From Euglena gracilis (taxonomy: Eukaryota), in NCBI GenBank assembly GCA_039621445.1, contig CP154954.1, positions 48,091,847-48,155,846 of the forward strand: a stretch of 64,000 nucleotides of DNA. Reading direction: 5' to 3'. The notes below the pieces were generated by a model that saw only the letters and a list, made by a program, of their open reading frames with translations, had not been told where the DNA came from and did not search any database. This document shows, piece after piece, positions 38,101-50,100 of this stretch. Position 1 is the first letter of the stretch. Every line of letters begins with the position of its first letter. The translations under genes were made by a program, and so were the position numbers.

Positions 38101-41100
38101 GGGTTCCAGCACCTCGCAGGGGGGACGTGCAAAGGGTGAAGGGGCCGGCTGCCAGCACTGCTGAGCGACAAGCTGGCGGGTCTGGAGGAGCAGATGGCCG
38201 CTGCGGCGGAAGCAGCTCGGCAGACGCTTGCGGCGGTGGAGGGGCAGGCGGCGGAGGAGCAGCGTCGCTTGTGCGAGGCGATGGAAGGAGCGAAAGTTGA
38301 CCACCTGATGGTCCAGAGATGGGGTGCCTTGCCACGCCCGTCCCAAAACCCACTCCCCACCGTCCAGCTAGCCGCAATGCGTGAGTGGTGATCCACTGCC
38401 GAGGGCCCAACATTTTCTGCTTGGGGAGGGGGGAGGGGCGGGGGCATGGGACGGCCAGAGCTGCCACGGGAGGAAGTTGGGGTGGGGGTCGGAGTGCCCT
38501 CGCGCGTTGTGGGACAGGTGGGAGTGCCAGGGTCGTTGGGAGGTTGTTTGCTGGGGCTCGGTGGGGGTGGGGAGACGGGCTTCTATAGAGATTGAGGGCC
38601 ACAACGTGCCTGCGTGGGAGTTGAGGGTTTTGGAGGATGGTTGGGGAGGGGGGTTGGCTGGACCGGCAGGTGCCGGCGCAGCGGAGGAGCAGACACAGGA
38701 CATGGCACGGCAGCTCGCGGCCCAGGGGGAGGAGTGTGCACGGCTGACCACGGCGCTGGCGGAGGCCACGGCGGGACAGTCGGCGGTGGAGGCGCAGGTG
38801 GCGGAGCTGAAGGGGCTGCTGGCAGCGTCGCACTCGCAGGGGGCGGACGTGGCGCGGGAGATGGTGGCGCTGCGGGAGCAGCTGCACGAGATGGAGGCGG
38901 AGAAGGGGCGCCTGGAGGAGGAGGCGACGGCCAGCCGAGCCCCTTCGCCGCTGGCAAAACTGGCGAGGGCGGGCTGCCGGTGCATGTTGAGGTGGGCTGG
39001 GTGGGGCGATCCCTCCCTCCCCTGGTTCTTTCGAGCAACCCCCCCCCCCCGTCCTGCACTGCCCCCCCTTGAATAATTTGCCGACGTTTTGGGGCTGGCC
39101 TGCTGCAAGCACCAAAGCACGGGTGTGGGCGGGCTGGTGGGGGGGGGGAGGTGCTTCCCCTGAACGAAAAGCGACCCAGGGTCCCCCGGCGGTCACAGCG
39201 AGGGTGGGGCTCAAAGCAGGCTCAGGGCAGTGGGCAGGCCCTCACGTGGCCCCTCGGTGGGTTCCAGCACCTCGCAGGGGGGACGTGCAGAGGGTGAAGG
39301 GGCCGGCTGCCAGCACTGCTGAGCGACAAGCTGGCGGGTCTGGAGGAGCAGATGGCCGCTGCGGCGGAAGCAGCTCGGCAGACGCTTGCGGCGGTGGAGG
39401 GGCAGGCGGCGGAGGAGCAGCGTCGGTTGTGCGAGGTGATGGAAGGAGCGAAAGTTGACCACCTGCTGGTCCAGGGATGGGGTGCCTTGCCACGCCCGTC
39501 CCAAAACCCACTCCCCACCGTCCAGCTAGCCGCAATGCGTGAGTGGTGATCCACTGCCGAGGGCCCAACATTTTCTGCTTGGGGAGGGGGGAGGGGCGGG
39601 GGCATGGGACGGCCAGAGCTGCCACGGGAGGAAGTTGGGGTGGGGGTCGGAGTGCCCTCGCGCGTTGTGGGACAGGTGGGAGTGCCGGGGTCGTTGGGAG
39701 GTTGTTTGCTGGGGCTCGGCGGGGGTGGGGAGACGGGCTTCTATAGAGATTGAGGACCACAACGTGCCCGCGTGGGAGTTGAGGGTTTTGGAGGATGGTT
39801 CACATATGGCATAAAGTGGAGCCCCCACAGTCGAGTGTGGGGTACTGTGGGGGGTAAGTGTGGGGGGGAGTGTGGGGAGTATGTGTGGGGTGCCAGCGGG
39901 GGGGGGGGTGGGGGGGAGTGTGGGGTGACAGGGGGGAGTGTGGGGGGTAAGTGTGGGGGGTGACAGTGGGGGGGAGTGTGGGGGGGAGTGTGGGGTGACA
40001 GTGGGGGGGAGTGTGGGAAGTAAGTGTGGGGTGACAGTGGGGGGGAGTGTGGGGGGTAAGTGTGGGGTGACAGTGGGGGGGAGTGTGGGGGGGAAGTGTG
40101 GGGTGACAGTGGGGGGGGGTGTGGGGTACCCCACAGTACTGTGGGGTACTGTGGGGGCTCCACTTTACGCCATCGCTCGGATGGTGGGGGGGGGGGGTTG
40201 GCTGGACCGGCAGGTGCCGGCGCAGCGGAGGAGCAGACACAGGACATAGCACGGCAGCTCGCGGCCCAGGGGGAGGAGTGTGCACGGCTGACCACGTCGC
40301 TGGCGGAGGCCACGGCGGGACAGTCGGCGGTGGAGGCGCAGGTGGCGGAGCTGAAGGGGCTGCTGGCAGCGTCGCACTCGCAGGGGGCGGACGTGGCGCG
40401 GGAGATGGTGGCGCTGCGGGAGCAGCTGCACGAGATGGAGGCGGAGAAGGGGCGCCTGGAGGAGGAGGCGACGGCCAGCCGAGCCCCTTCGCCGCTGGCA
40501 AAACTGGCGAGGGCGGGCTGCCGGTGCGGGTTGGGGTGGGCTGGGTGGGGCGATCCCTCCCTCCCCTGGTTCTTTCGAACAACCCCCGCCCCCCGTCCTG
40601 CACTGCCCCCCCTTGAATAATTTGCCGACGTTTTGGGGCTGGCCTGCTGCAAGCACCAAAGCACGGGTGTGGGCGGGCTGGTGGGGGTGCTTCCCCTGAA
40701 CGAAAAGCGACCCAGGGTCCCCCGGCGGTCACAGCGAGGGTGGGGCTCAAAGCAGGCTCAGGGCAGTGGGCAGGCCCTCACGTGGCCCCTCGGTGGGTTC
40801 CAGCACCTCGCAGGGGGGACGTGCAAAGGGTGAAGGGGCCGGCTGCCAGCACTGCTGAGCGACAAGCTGGCGGGTCTGGAGGAGCAGATGGCCGCTGCGG
40901 CGGAAGCAGCTCGGCAGACGCTTGCGGCGGTGGAGGGGCAGGCGGCGGAGGAGCAGCGTCGCTTGTGCGAGGCGATGGAAGGAGCGAAAGTTGACCACCT
41001 GATGGTCCAGGGATGGGGTGCCTTGCCACGCCCGTCCCAAAACCCGCTCCCCACTGTCCAGCTAGCCGCAATGCGTGAGTGGTGATCCACTGCCGAGGGC

Positions 41101-44100
41101 CCAACATTTTCTGCTTGGGGAGGGGGGGGGGGCGGGGCATGGGACGGCCAGAGCTGCCACGGGAGGAAGTTGGGGTGGGGGTCGGAGTGCCCTCGCGCGT
41201 TGTGGGACAGGTGGGAGTGCCGGGGTCGTTGGGAGGTTGTTTGCTGGGGCTCGGCGGGGGTGGGGAGACGGGCTTGTATAGAGATTGAGGACCACAACGT
41301 GCCCGCGTGGGAGTTGAGGGTTTTGGAGGATGGTTGGGGAGGGGGGTTGGCTGGACCGGCAGGTGCCGGCGCAGCGGAGGAGCAGACACAGGACATGGCG
41401 CGGCAGCTCGCGGCCCAGGGGGAGGAGTGTGCACGGCTGACCACGGCGCTGGCGGAGGCCACGGCGGGACAGTCGGCGGTGGAGGCGCAGGTGGCGGAGC
41501 TGAAGGGGCTGCTGGCAGCGTCGCACTCGCAGGGGGCGGACGTGGCGCGGGAGATGGTGGCGCTGCGGGAGCAGCTGCACGAGATGGAGGCGGAGAAGGG
41601 ACGCCTGGAGGAGGAGGCGACGGCCAGCCGAGCCCCTTCGCCGCTGGCAAAACTGGCGAGGGCGGGCTGCCGGTGCGGGTTGGGGTGGGCTGGGTGGGGC
41701 GATCCCTCCCTCCCCTGGTTCTTTCGAACAACCCCCGCCCCCCGTCCTGCACTGCCCCCCCTTGAATAATTTGCCGACGTTTTGGGGCTGGCCTGCTGCA
41801 AGCACCAAAGCACGGGTGTGGGCGGGCTGGTGGGGGGGGGGGTGCTTCCCCTGAACGAAAAGCGACCCAGGGTCCCCCGGCGGTCACAGCGAGGGTGGGG
41901 CTCAAAGCAGGCTCAGGGCAGTGGGCAGGCCCTCACGTGGCCCCTCGGTGGGTTCCAGCACCTCGCAGGGGGGACGTGCAAAGGGTGAAGGGGCCGGCTG
42001 CCAGCACTGCTGAGCGACAAGCTGGCGGGTCTGGAGGAGCAGATGGCCGCTGCGGCGGAAGCAGCTCGGCAGACGCTTGCGGCGGTGGAGGGGCAGGCGG
42101 CGGAGGAGCAGCGTCGCTTGTGCGAGGCGATGGAAGGAGCGAAAGTTGACCACCTGCTGGTCCAGGGATGGGGTGCCTTGCCACGCCCGCCCCAAACCCC
42201 CCCCCCCACCGTCCAGCTAGCCGCAATGCGTGAGTGGTGATCCACTGCCGGGGGCCCAACATTTTGTGCGGGGGGGGGGGGGGGGGGCGGGGGCATGGGA
42301 CGGCCAGAGCTGCCACGGGAGGAAGTTGGGGTGGGGGTCGGAGTGCCCTCGCGCGTTGTGGGACAGGTGGGAGTGCCAGGGTCGTTGGGAGGTTGTTTGC
42401 TGGGGCTCGGCGGGGGTGGGGAGACGGGCTTCTACAGAGATTGAGGACCACAACGTGCCCGCGTGGGAGTTGAGGGTTTTGGAGGAGGGTTGGCATAAAG
42501 TGGAGCCCCCACAGTCGAGGTGGGGTACTGTGGGGGTAAGTGTGGGGGGGCGGAGGTGGGAGTATGTGTGGGCTGACAGTGGGGGGGAGTGTGGGGGGAG
42601 TGTGGGGTGACAGTGGGGGAGAGTGGGGGGGAAGTGTGGGGTGACAGTGGGGGGGGGTGGGGGGGAGTGTGGGGTGACAGTGGGGGGGAGTGTGGGGGGA
42701 AGTGTGGGGTGACAGTGAGGGGATTGGGGGGGGTACGTGTGGGGTGACAGTGGGGGGGTGTCCAAATCCGAGGAAAGTGAATTTTTTCCCCTTGCCTTGC
42801 ACACACAAGGGGATGATGCTATTTTGGTTCTGGGGGGGGGGGTGGGGGCGGGGCGCCCCCCCCCCGGGCCGCGGCCGAAGGCCGCGGCGCGACGAGGCCG
42901 AAGGCCGAGTAAGTCAAAAAATGACACCCGAACAGTTGCGCACATCAACTTGGGCTTGGTCCAACAAAGTGGAATTCGGCAATTTCCATTTCACACAAAC
43001 GGAAGCGTGGGGGTATGTGTGGGGTGACAGTGGGGGGAGTGTGGGGGGAGTGTGGGGTGACAGTGGGGGGGAGTGTGGGGGGAAGTGTGGGGTGACAGTG
43101 GGGGGGGAGTGTGGGGGGTAAGGGGGGGGGGAGAGTGGGGGGGAGGGGGGGGGGAAGAGTGGGGGGACAGTGGGGGGGAGTGTGGGGGGGAAGTGTGGGG
43201 TGACAGTGGGGGGGAGTGTGGGGTACCCCACAGTACCGTGGGGTACTGTGGGGGCTCCACTTTACGCCATCTCTCGGATGGTTGGGGAGGGGGGTTGGCT
43301 GGACCGGCAGGTGCCGGCGCAGCGGAGGAGCAGACACAGGACATAGCACGGCAGCTCGCGGCCCAGGGGGAGGAGTGTGCACGGCTGACCACGGCGCTGG
43401 CGGAGGCCACGGCGGGACAGTCGGCGGTGGAGGCGCAGGTGGCGGAGCTGAAGGGGCTGCTGGCAGCGTCGCACTCGCAGGGGGCGGACGTGGCGCGGGA
43501 GATGGTGGCGCTGCGGGAGCAGCTGCACGAGATGGAGGCGGAGAAGGGGCGCCTGGAGGAGGAGGCGACGGCCAGCCGAGCCCCTTCGCCGCTGGCAAAA
43601 CTGGCGAGGGCGGGCTGCCGGTGCGGGTTGGGGTGGGCTGGGTGGGGCGATCCCTCCCTCCCCTGGTTCTTTCGAGCAACCCCCACCCCCCGTCCTGCAC
43701 TGCCCCCCCCTTGAATAATTTGCCGACGTTTTGGGGCTGGCCTGCTGCAAGCACCAAAGCAAGGGTGTGGGCGGGCTGGTGGGGGGGGGGAGGTGCTTCC
43801 CCTGAACGAAAAGCGACCCAGGGTCCCCCGGCGGTCACAGCGAGGGTGGGGCTCAAAGCAGGCTCAGGGCAGTGGGCAGGCCCTCACGTGGCCCCTCGGT
43901 GGGTTCCAGCACCTCGCAGGGGGGACGTGCAAAGGGTGAAGGGGCCGGCTGCCAGCACTGCTGAGCGACAAGCTGGCGGGTCTGGAGGAGCAGATGGCCG
44001 CTGCGGCGGAAGCAGCTCGGCAGACGCTTGCGGCGGTGGAGGGGCAAGCGGCGGAGGAGCAGCGTCGCTTGTGTGAGGCGATGGAAGGAGCGAAAGTTGA

Positions 44101-47100
44101 CCACCTGCTGGTCCAGGGATGGGGTGCCTTGCCACGCCCGTCCCAAAACCCACTCCCCACCGTCCAGCTAGCCGCAATGCGTGAGTGGTGATCCACTGCC
44201 GAGGGCCCAACATTTTCGGCTGGGGGGGGGGGGAGGGGCGGGGGCATGGGACGGCCAGAGCTGCCACGGGAGGAAGTTGGGGTGGGGGTCGGAGTGCCCT
44301 CGCGCGTTGTGGGACAGGTGGGAGTGCCGGGGTCGTTGGGAGGTTGTTTGCGGGGGCGGGGGGGGGGGGGGGAGACGGGCTTGTATAGAGATTGAGGACC
44401 ACAACGTGCCCGCGTGGGAGTTGAGGGTTTTGGAGGATGGTTGGGGAGGGGGGTTGGCTGGACCGGCAGGTGCCGGCGCAGCGGAGGAGCAGACACAGGA
44501 CATGGCGCGGCAGCTCGCGGCCCAGGGGGAGGAGTGTGCACGGCTGACCACGGCGCTGGCGGAGGCCACGGCGGGACAGTCGGCGGTGGAGGCGCAGGTG
44601 GCGGAGCTGAAGGGGCTGCTGGCAGCGTCGCACTCGCAGGGGGCGGACGTGGCGCGGGAGATGGTGGCGCTGCGGGAGCAGCTGCACGAGATGGAGGCGG
44701 AGTAGGGGCGCCTGGAGGAGGGAGGCGACGGCCAGCCGAGCCCCTTCGCCGCTGGCAAAACTGGCGAGGGCGGGCTGCCAGTGCGGGTTGGGGTGGGCTG
44801 GGTGGGGCGATCCCTCCCTCCCTTGGTTATTTCGAGCAACCCCACCCCCCGTCCTGCACTGCCCCCCCTTGAATAATTTGCCGACGTTTTGGGGCTGGCC
44901 TGCTGCAAGCACCAAAGCACGGGTGTGGGCGGGCTGGTGGGGGGGGGGAGGTGCTTCCCCTGAACGAAAAGCGACCCAGGGTCCCCCGGCGGTCACAGCG
45001 AGGGTGGGGCTCAAAGCAGGCTCAGGGCAGTGGGCAGGCCCTCACGTGGCCCCTCGGTGGGTTCCAGCACCTCGCAGGGGGGACGTGCAAAGGGTGAAGG
45101 GGCCGGCTGCCAGCACTGCTGAGCGACAAGCTGGCGGGTCTGGAGGAGCAGATGGCCGCTGCGGCGGAAGCAGCTCGGCAGACGCTTGCGGCGGTGGAGG
45201 GGCAGGCGGCGGAGGAGCAGCGTCGCTTGTGCGAGGCGATGGAAGGAGCGAAAGTTGACCACCTGCTGGTCCAGGGATGGGGTGCCTTGCCACGCCCGTC
45301 CCAAAACCCACTCCCCACCGTCCAGCTAGCCGCAATGCGTGAGTGGTGATCCACTGCCGAGGGCCCAACATTTTCTGCTTGGGGAGGGGGGAGGGGCGGG
45401 GGCATGGGACGGCCAGAGCTGCCACGGGAGGAAGTTGGGGTGGGGGTCGGAGTGCCCTCGCGCGTTGTGGGACAGGTGGGAGTGCCAGGGTCGTTGGGAG
45501 GTTGTTTGCTGGGGCTCGGCGGGGGTGGGGAGACGGGCTTCTATAGAGATTGAGGGCCACAACGTGCCCGCGTGGGAGTTGAGGGTTTTGGAGGATGGTT
45601 GGGGAGGGGGGTTTGGCGGGACCGGCAGGTGCCGGCGCAGCGGAGGAGCAGACACAGGACATGGCGCGGCAGCTCGCGGCCCAGGGGGAGGAGTGTGCAC
45701 GGCTGACCACGGCGCTGGCGGAGGCCACGGCGGGACAGTCGGCGGTGGAGGCGCAGGTGGCGGAGCTGAAGGGGCTGCTGGCAGCGTCGCACTCGCAGGG
45801 GGCGGACGTGGCGCGGGAGATGGTGGCGCTGCGGGAGCAGCTGCACGAGATGGAGGCGGAGAAGGGGCGCCTGGAGGAGGAGGCGACGGCCAGCCGAGCC
45901 CCTTCGCCGCTGGCAAAACTGGCGAGGGCGGGCTGCCGGTGCGGGTTGGGGTGGGCTGGGTGGGGCGATCCCTCCCTCCCCTGGTTCTTTCGAACAACCC
46001 CCGCCCCCCGTCCTGCACTGCCCCCCCCTTGAATAATTTGCCGACGTTTTGGGGCTGGCCTGCTGCAAGCACCAAAGCACGGGTGTGGGCGGGCTGGTGG
46101 GGGGGGGGTGCTTCCCCTGAACGAAAAGCGACCCAGGGTCCCCCGGCGGTCACAGCGAGGGTGGGGCTCAAAGCAGGCTCAGGGCAGTGGGCAGGCCCTC
46201 ACGTGGCCCCTCGGTGGGTTCCAGCACCTCGCAGGGGGGACGTGCAAAGGGTGAAGGGGCCGGCTGCCAGCACTGCTGAGCGACAAGCTGGCGGGTCTGG
46301 AGGAGCAGATGGCCGCTGCGGCGGAAGCAGCTCGGCAGACGCTTGCGGCGGTGGAGGGGCAGGCGGCGGAGGAGCAGCGTCGCTTGTGCGAGGCGATGGA
46401 AGGAGCGAAAGTTGACCACCTGATGGTCCAGGGATGGGGTGCCTTGCCACGCCCGTCCCAAAACCCGCTCCCCACCGTCCAGCTAGCCGCAATGCGTGAG
46501 TGGTGATCCACTGCCGAGGGCCCAACATTTTCTGCTTGGGGAGGGGGGGGGCGGGGGCATGGGACGGCCAGAGCTGCCACGGGAGGAAGTTGGGGTGGGG
46601 GTCGGAGTGCCCTCGCGCGTTGTGGGACAGGTGGGAGTGCCGGGGTCGTTGGGAGGTTGTTTGCTGGGGCTCGGCGGGGGTGGGGAGACGGGCTTCTATA
46701 GAGTTGAGGACCACAACGTGCCCGCGTGGGAGTTGAGGGTTTTGGAGGATGGTTGGGGAGGGGGGTTGGCTGGACCGGCAGGTGCCGGCGCAGCGGAGGA
46801 GCAGACACAGGACATGGCGCGGCAGCTCGCGGCCCAGGGGGAGGAGTGTGCACGGCTGACCACGGCGCTGGCGGAGGCCACGGCGGGACAGTCGGCGGTG
46901 GAGGCGCAGGTGGCGGAGCTGAAGGGGCTGCTGGCAGCGTCGCACTCGCAGGGGGCGGACGTGGCGCGGGAGATGGTGGCGCTGCGGGAGCAGCTGCACG
47001 AGATGGAGGCGGAGAAGGGACGCCTGGAGGAGGAGGCGACGGCCAGCCGAGCCCCTTCGCCGCTGGCAAAACTGGCGAGGGCGGGCTGCCGGTGCGGGTT

Positions 47101-50100
47101 GGGGTGGGCTGGGTGGGGCGATCCCTCCCTCCCCTGGTTCTTTCGAACAACCCCCGCCCCCCGTCCTGCACTGCCCCCCCCTTGAATAATTTGCCGACGT
47201 TTTGGGGCTGGCCTGCTGCAAGCACCAAAGCACGGGTGTGGGCGGGCTGGTGGGGGTGCTTCCCCTGAACGAAAAGCGACCCAGGGTCCCCCGGCGGTCA
47301 CAGCGAGGGTGGGGCTCAAAGCAGGCTCAGGGCAGTGGGCAGGCCCTCACGTGGCCCCTCGGTGGGTTCCAGCACCTCGCAGGGGGGACGTGCAAAGGGT
47401 GAAGGGGCCGGCTGCCAGCACTGCTGAGCGACAAGCTGGCGGGTCTGGAGGAGCAGATGGCCGCTGCGGCGGAAGCAGCTCGGCAGACGCTTGCGGCGGT
47501 GGAGGGGCAGGCGGCGGAGGAGCAGCGTCGCTTGTGCGAGGCGATGGAAGGAGCGAAAGTTGACCACCTGCTGGTCTAACCCCAAAGGGTTTTTCCAACA
47601 CCCGTCCAATTTTTTTGTTCCAGTTCTTTTTCCTGCTCTTTGCATTCCAAGTGTAATTTTACCTCGATATTCCACCTCTGGTCACCTGCAGCTTCTGTTT
47701 TGGCAGGATAGAAATTAATATCTGCAACTGTCCCGTAATTTTGCTGCAATTTTCAGAATTTCACCTGCAATTATCCGTATTTTTCCGCTCGCCTCTGATA
47801 TCAATTCCTCCTCCTCACATATGTAATTTGGAAATCTTGATCTAAGGCTACGAACAGTGGGTTACAGTGAAGCGGCAGAGCAGATACAGCAGCTGAAGTG
47901 GCATCTCGCAGCCCAGGGGGAGGAGTGTGCACGACTGACTGCTGCACTGGCGGAGGCGACGAAGCAACTCCATTTCGCTGATTCTCGCCCCGGCTGTTGC
48001 TTTTTTACACATTTCCTCTTGTTGAACAGCTTTACAAAATTGCTTTCCGCCATTCACATCTAATTTTTTGCTGCACCACCCAACCAAATAGGCTTCTTTG
48101 CTGGCGCCTTTGAACTCTCCACAGAAGTTTTTTCCACCGTCCTCGTTTCTCTTTTCCTTTTCCTTTTTTTTTGTGCTCCAATTCATGGTTTCTGTGCTTT
48201 GCATTCTTGAACTGCGATGCCCGGTCAGCAGCTGACCAATTTTCAATCCACCCTCCAGCTGGAGATGGCAACTGGTGGATTATCGTGCTGTTACCTCTCC
48301 GATGTGTCTGAGGCTGGTGGCTTTTGACATTGTGCAGGCCTGAGACCACTCCCTCTGTGATAGCGAGCGTTTTGGAGGTGGAGCCTGACGGAGTCTCAAC
48401 TAGTTGCACCACAGAGAGATGTGGCGTGATTCCCCAATTGCAACCCAGGCTCCAAACCAAACTTTTTTTTCAGTCGGTGCCAACCCCATGGGGGGAGGTG
48501 CTAGGGGCAGGCACCCCATAGCACCCCTGCCAACCCCCCCCCGGCTAAACTACCTGAGACTTTCCCAATCAAAAATTCCCAGCTCATTCTCCTGAGTTCA
48601 CCGCTGGATTAAAGTTGTTGTGTGACCCTTCTGGCTTGTCATGCCCAAAACGTTGTCAGTTTGTTTGGTTCTGGACCACCTGTCACGTGAAAACAAAGTT
48701 GCCAGGATCCCCGGAGCTGGGTGGTTTGTCAAGTGACCGTTTCCCAGGGGTGGCAGGCAAGCATTGGGGTCGAAACGCTCAGACGGGACCGAAGCAGGAC
48801 TAGAACCCGGCGGGTGCTCCGAAAGCCCACCACCGTTGGCCCTGCTGACCGCCTCCGCCGCCATGGCAGACTGCACCCCCGTGGCCGACCCTGCCCTCAC
48901 CCCCGGGGACCCGGAGGCCCTCCTCCCCGCCGACGCTGACGCCCTGGACGAGCTGGTGGACGTCGTGACCCACTTCCGGGGGGCCCTGTGGCGCTCTTCC
49001 CCCCAATGGCCGGAGTTTATTTGTTTAGTTTGCTGTGGCTTTAGTTTTGGGGAAATGACCGTGTCCTCTGGTCCCCTGGGGTGGGGGCTGAACAGCAGCC
49101 GGCAGCCAGGCCGTTGATCGGGCCCAACAACCCTAATTTCAGCGCCGCAAAACCGGAAGTGGTTGGGCTGCTGCCAAACCATTCGCAAAGTGACAGCTGG
49201 CCGCGGCGGCGACCCATCGCCACCCGACCGCCAGTGGACCCCCACAACGTTAGGGGGGTCACTGGTCGGGTCGCCCCCCCCCCCCTCCGTCAATTCACGG
49301 TGGGCTGCGCCACAAAGCACGCCGCAGCCCCCGTCCGGCGGCGTGTGGCAGCCGAGGGGGCGGGGCTGAAGGGGCAAGGCCCGGCAGCTGGAGGGCCGGG
49401 CTGAGGCGATGATGGGGCCGGGGAAGCGGCGGGAGGGATTGGCGGCGCCCCCCCCCCGCTGGGGGGGCAGGCGGCTGGAGCGGAGTGGACACGGCGCAGC
49501 TCACGGAGCAGCTGGCGCCCAGGGGGGTCCAGCGCCGGATGGCCGCCCGTATTTTTTTTTGCAACATCCACCAAAAGTGGTTTGTTCTTGCTTGGTCCTT
49601 TCCTTTCTTTTTTTGGGGGGGAGCCAGCAGACCACACAGGACGTAATTGGCTCCTGGTTGAAAAATGGCAGCAGGTAATCTCTTAAGCAGGACGGGAAGG
49701 GTCCAGCCAGCCAGCACCTCCCAGCAGGGTCGCGGACTCCCCCGGGTCAAAATTAAGTTTTCACATCCCGGCAAAGGACTAGACCGAAAAAAGTCGGCGC
49801 AAAGCTCCGAAAATTTTGAAATAAAGTGGTCAAAAATGGCCAAAAAGGCCATTTTTTTGTACTTTTTGGGGGGTTTTCACCTCAAAGATGCATCCCAGGT
49901 AGGTTTTGGGCTGTTTTGCCTGTTTTGGGGTGCCAGCCAGGCCCAGCCCGGCAGCTGGGTTCGAAGCACCTCCCTGGACCACCACTCCCTGGGGGGGGGG
50001 TCCAGCCAGCACCTTTTTCCAGCCGGAACCTCTTTTCAGCCGGCCGGCTGGACCCCCCGGGGGTCCTTATTAAACTCCCTGAAGCCTGGAAGCCACGACA

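Larger units (their letters stand above)
34175..47575 (+). repeat. Intragenic tandem array of ~11 near-identical ~1.16 kb units (exon A 263 nt + intron ~386 nt + exon B 154 nt + intron ~354 nt), encoding a ~139-aa coiled-coil repeat
   Basis: Exon B ([22 protein letters not shown]...VDHLL) recurs near 34698, 35847, 37002, 38157, 39315, 40851, 42006, 43957, 45115, 46272 and 47420. Exon A ([16 protein letters not shown]...EEEAT) lies between them. A diverged exon-A copy follows at ~47857-47960. Confidence 0.95.

Noticed and set aside
34175-47575. CRISPR-like or satellite interpretation of the array
   Set aside because: There are no unique spacers; the units contain spliceable coding exons.
34033-47675. 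Long minus-strand ORFs (250-376 aa) in the array
   Set aside because: They are antisense shadows of GC-rich exons and change frame from copy to copy.
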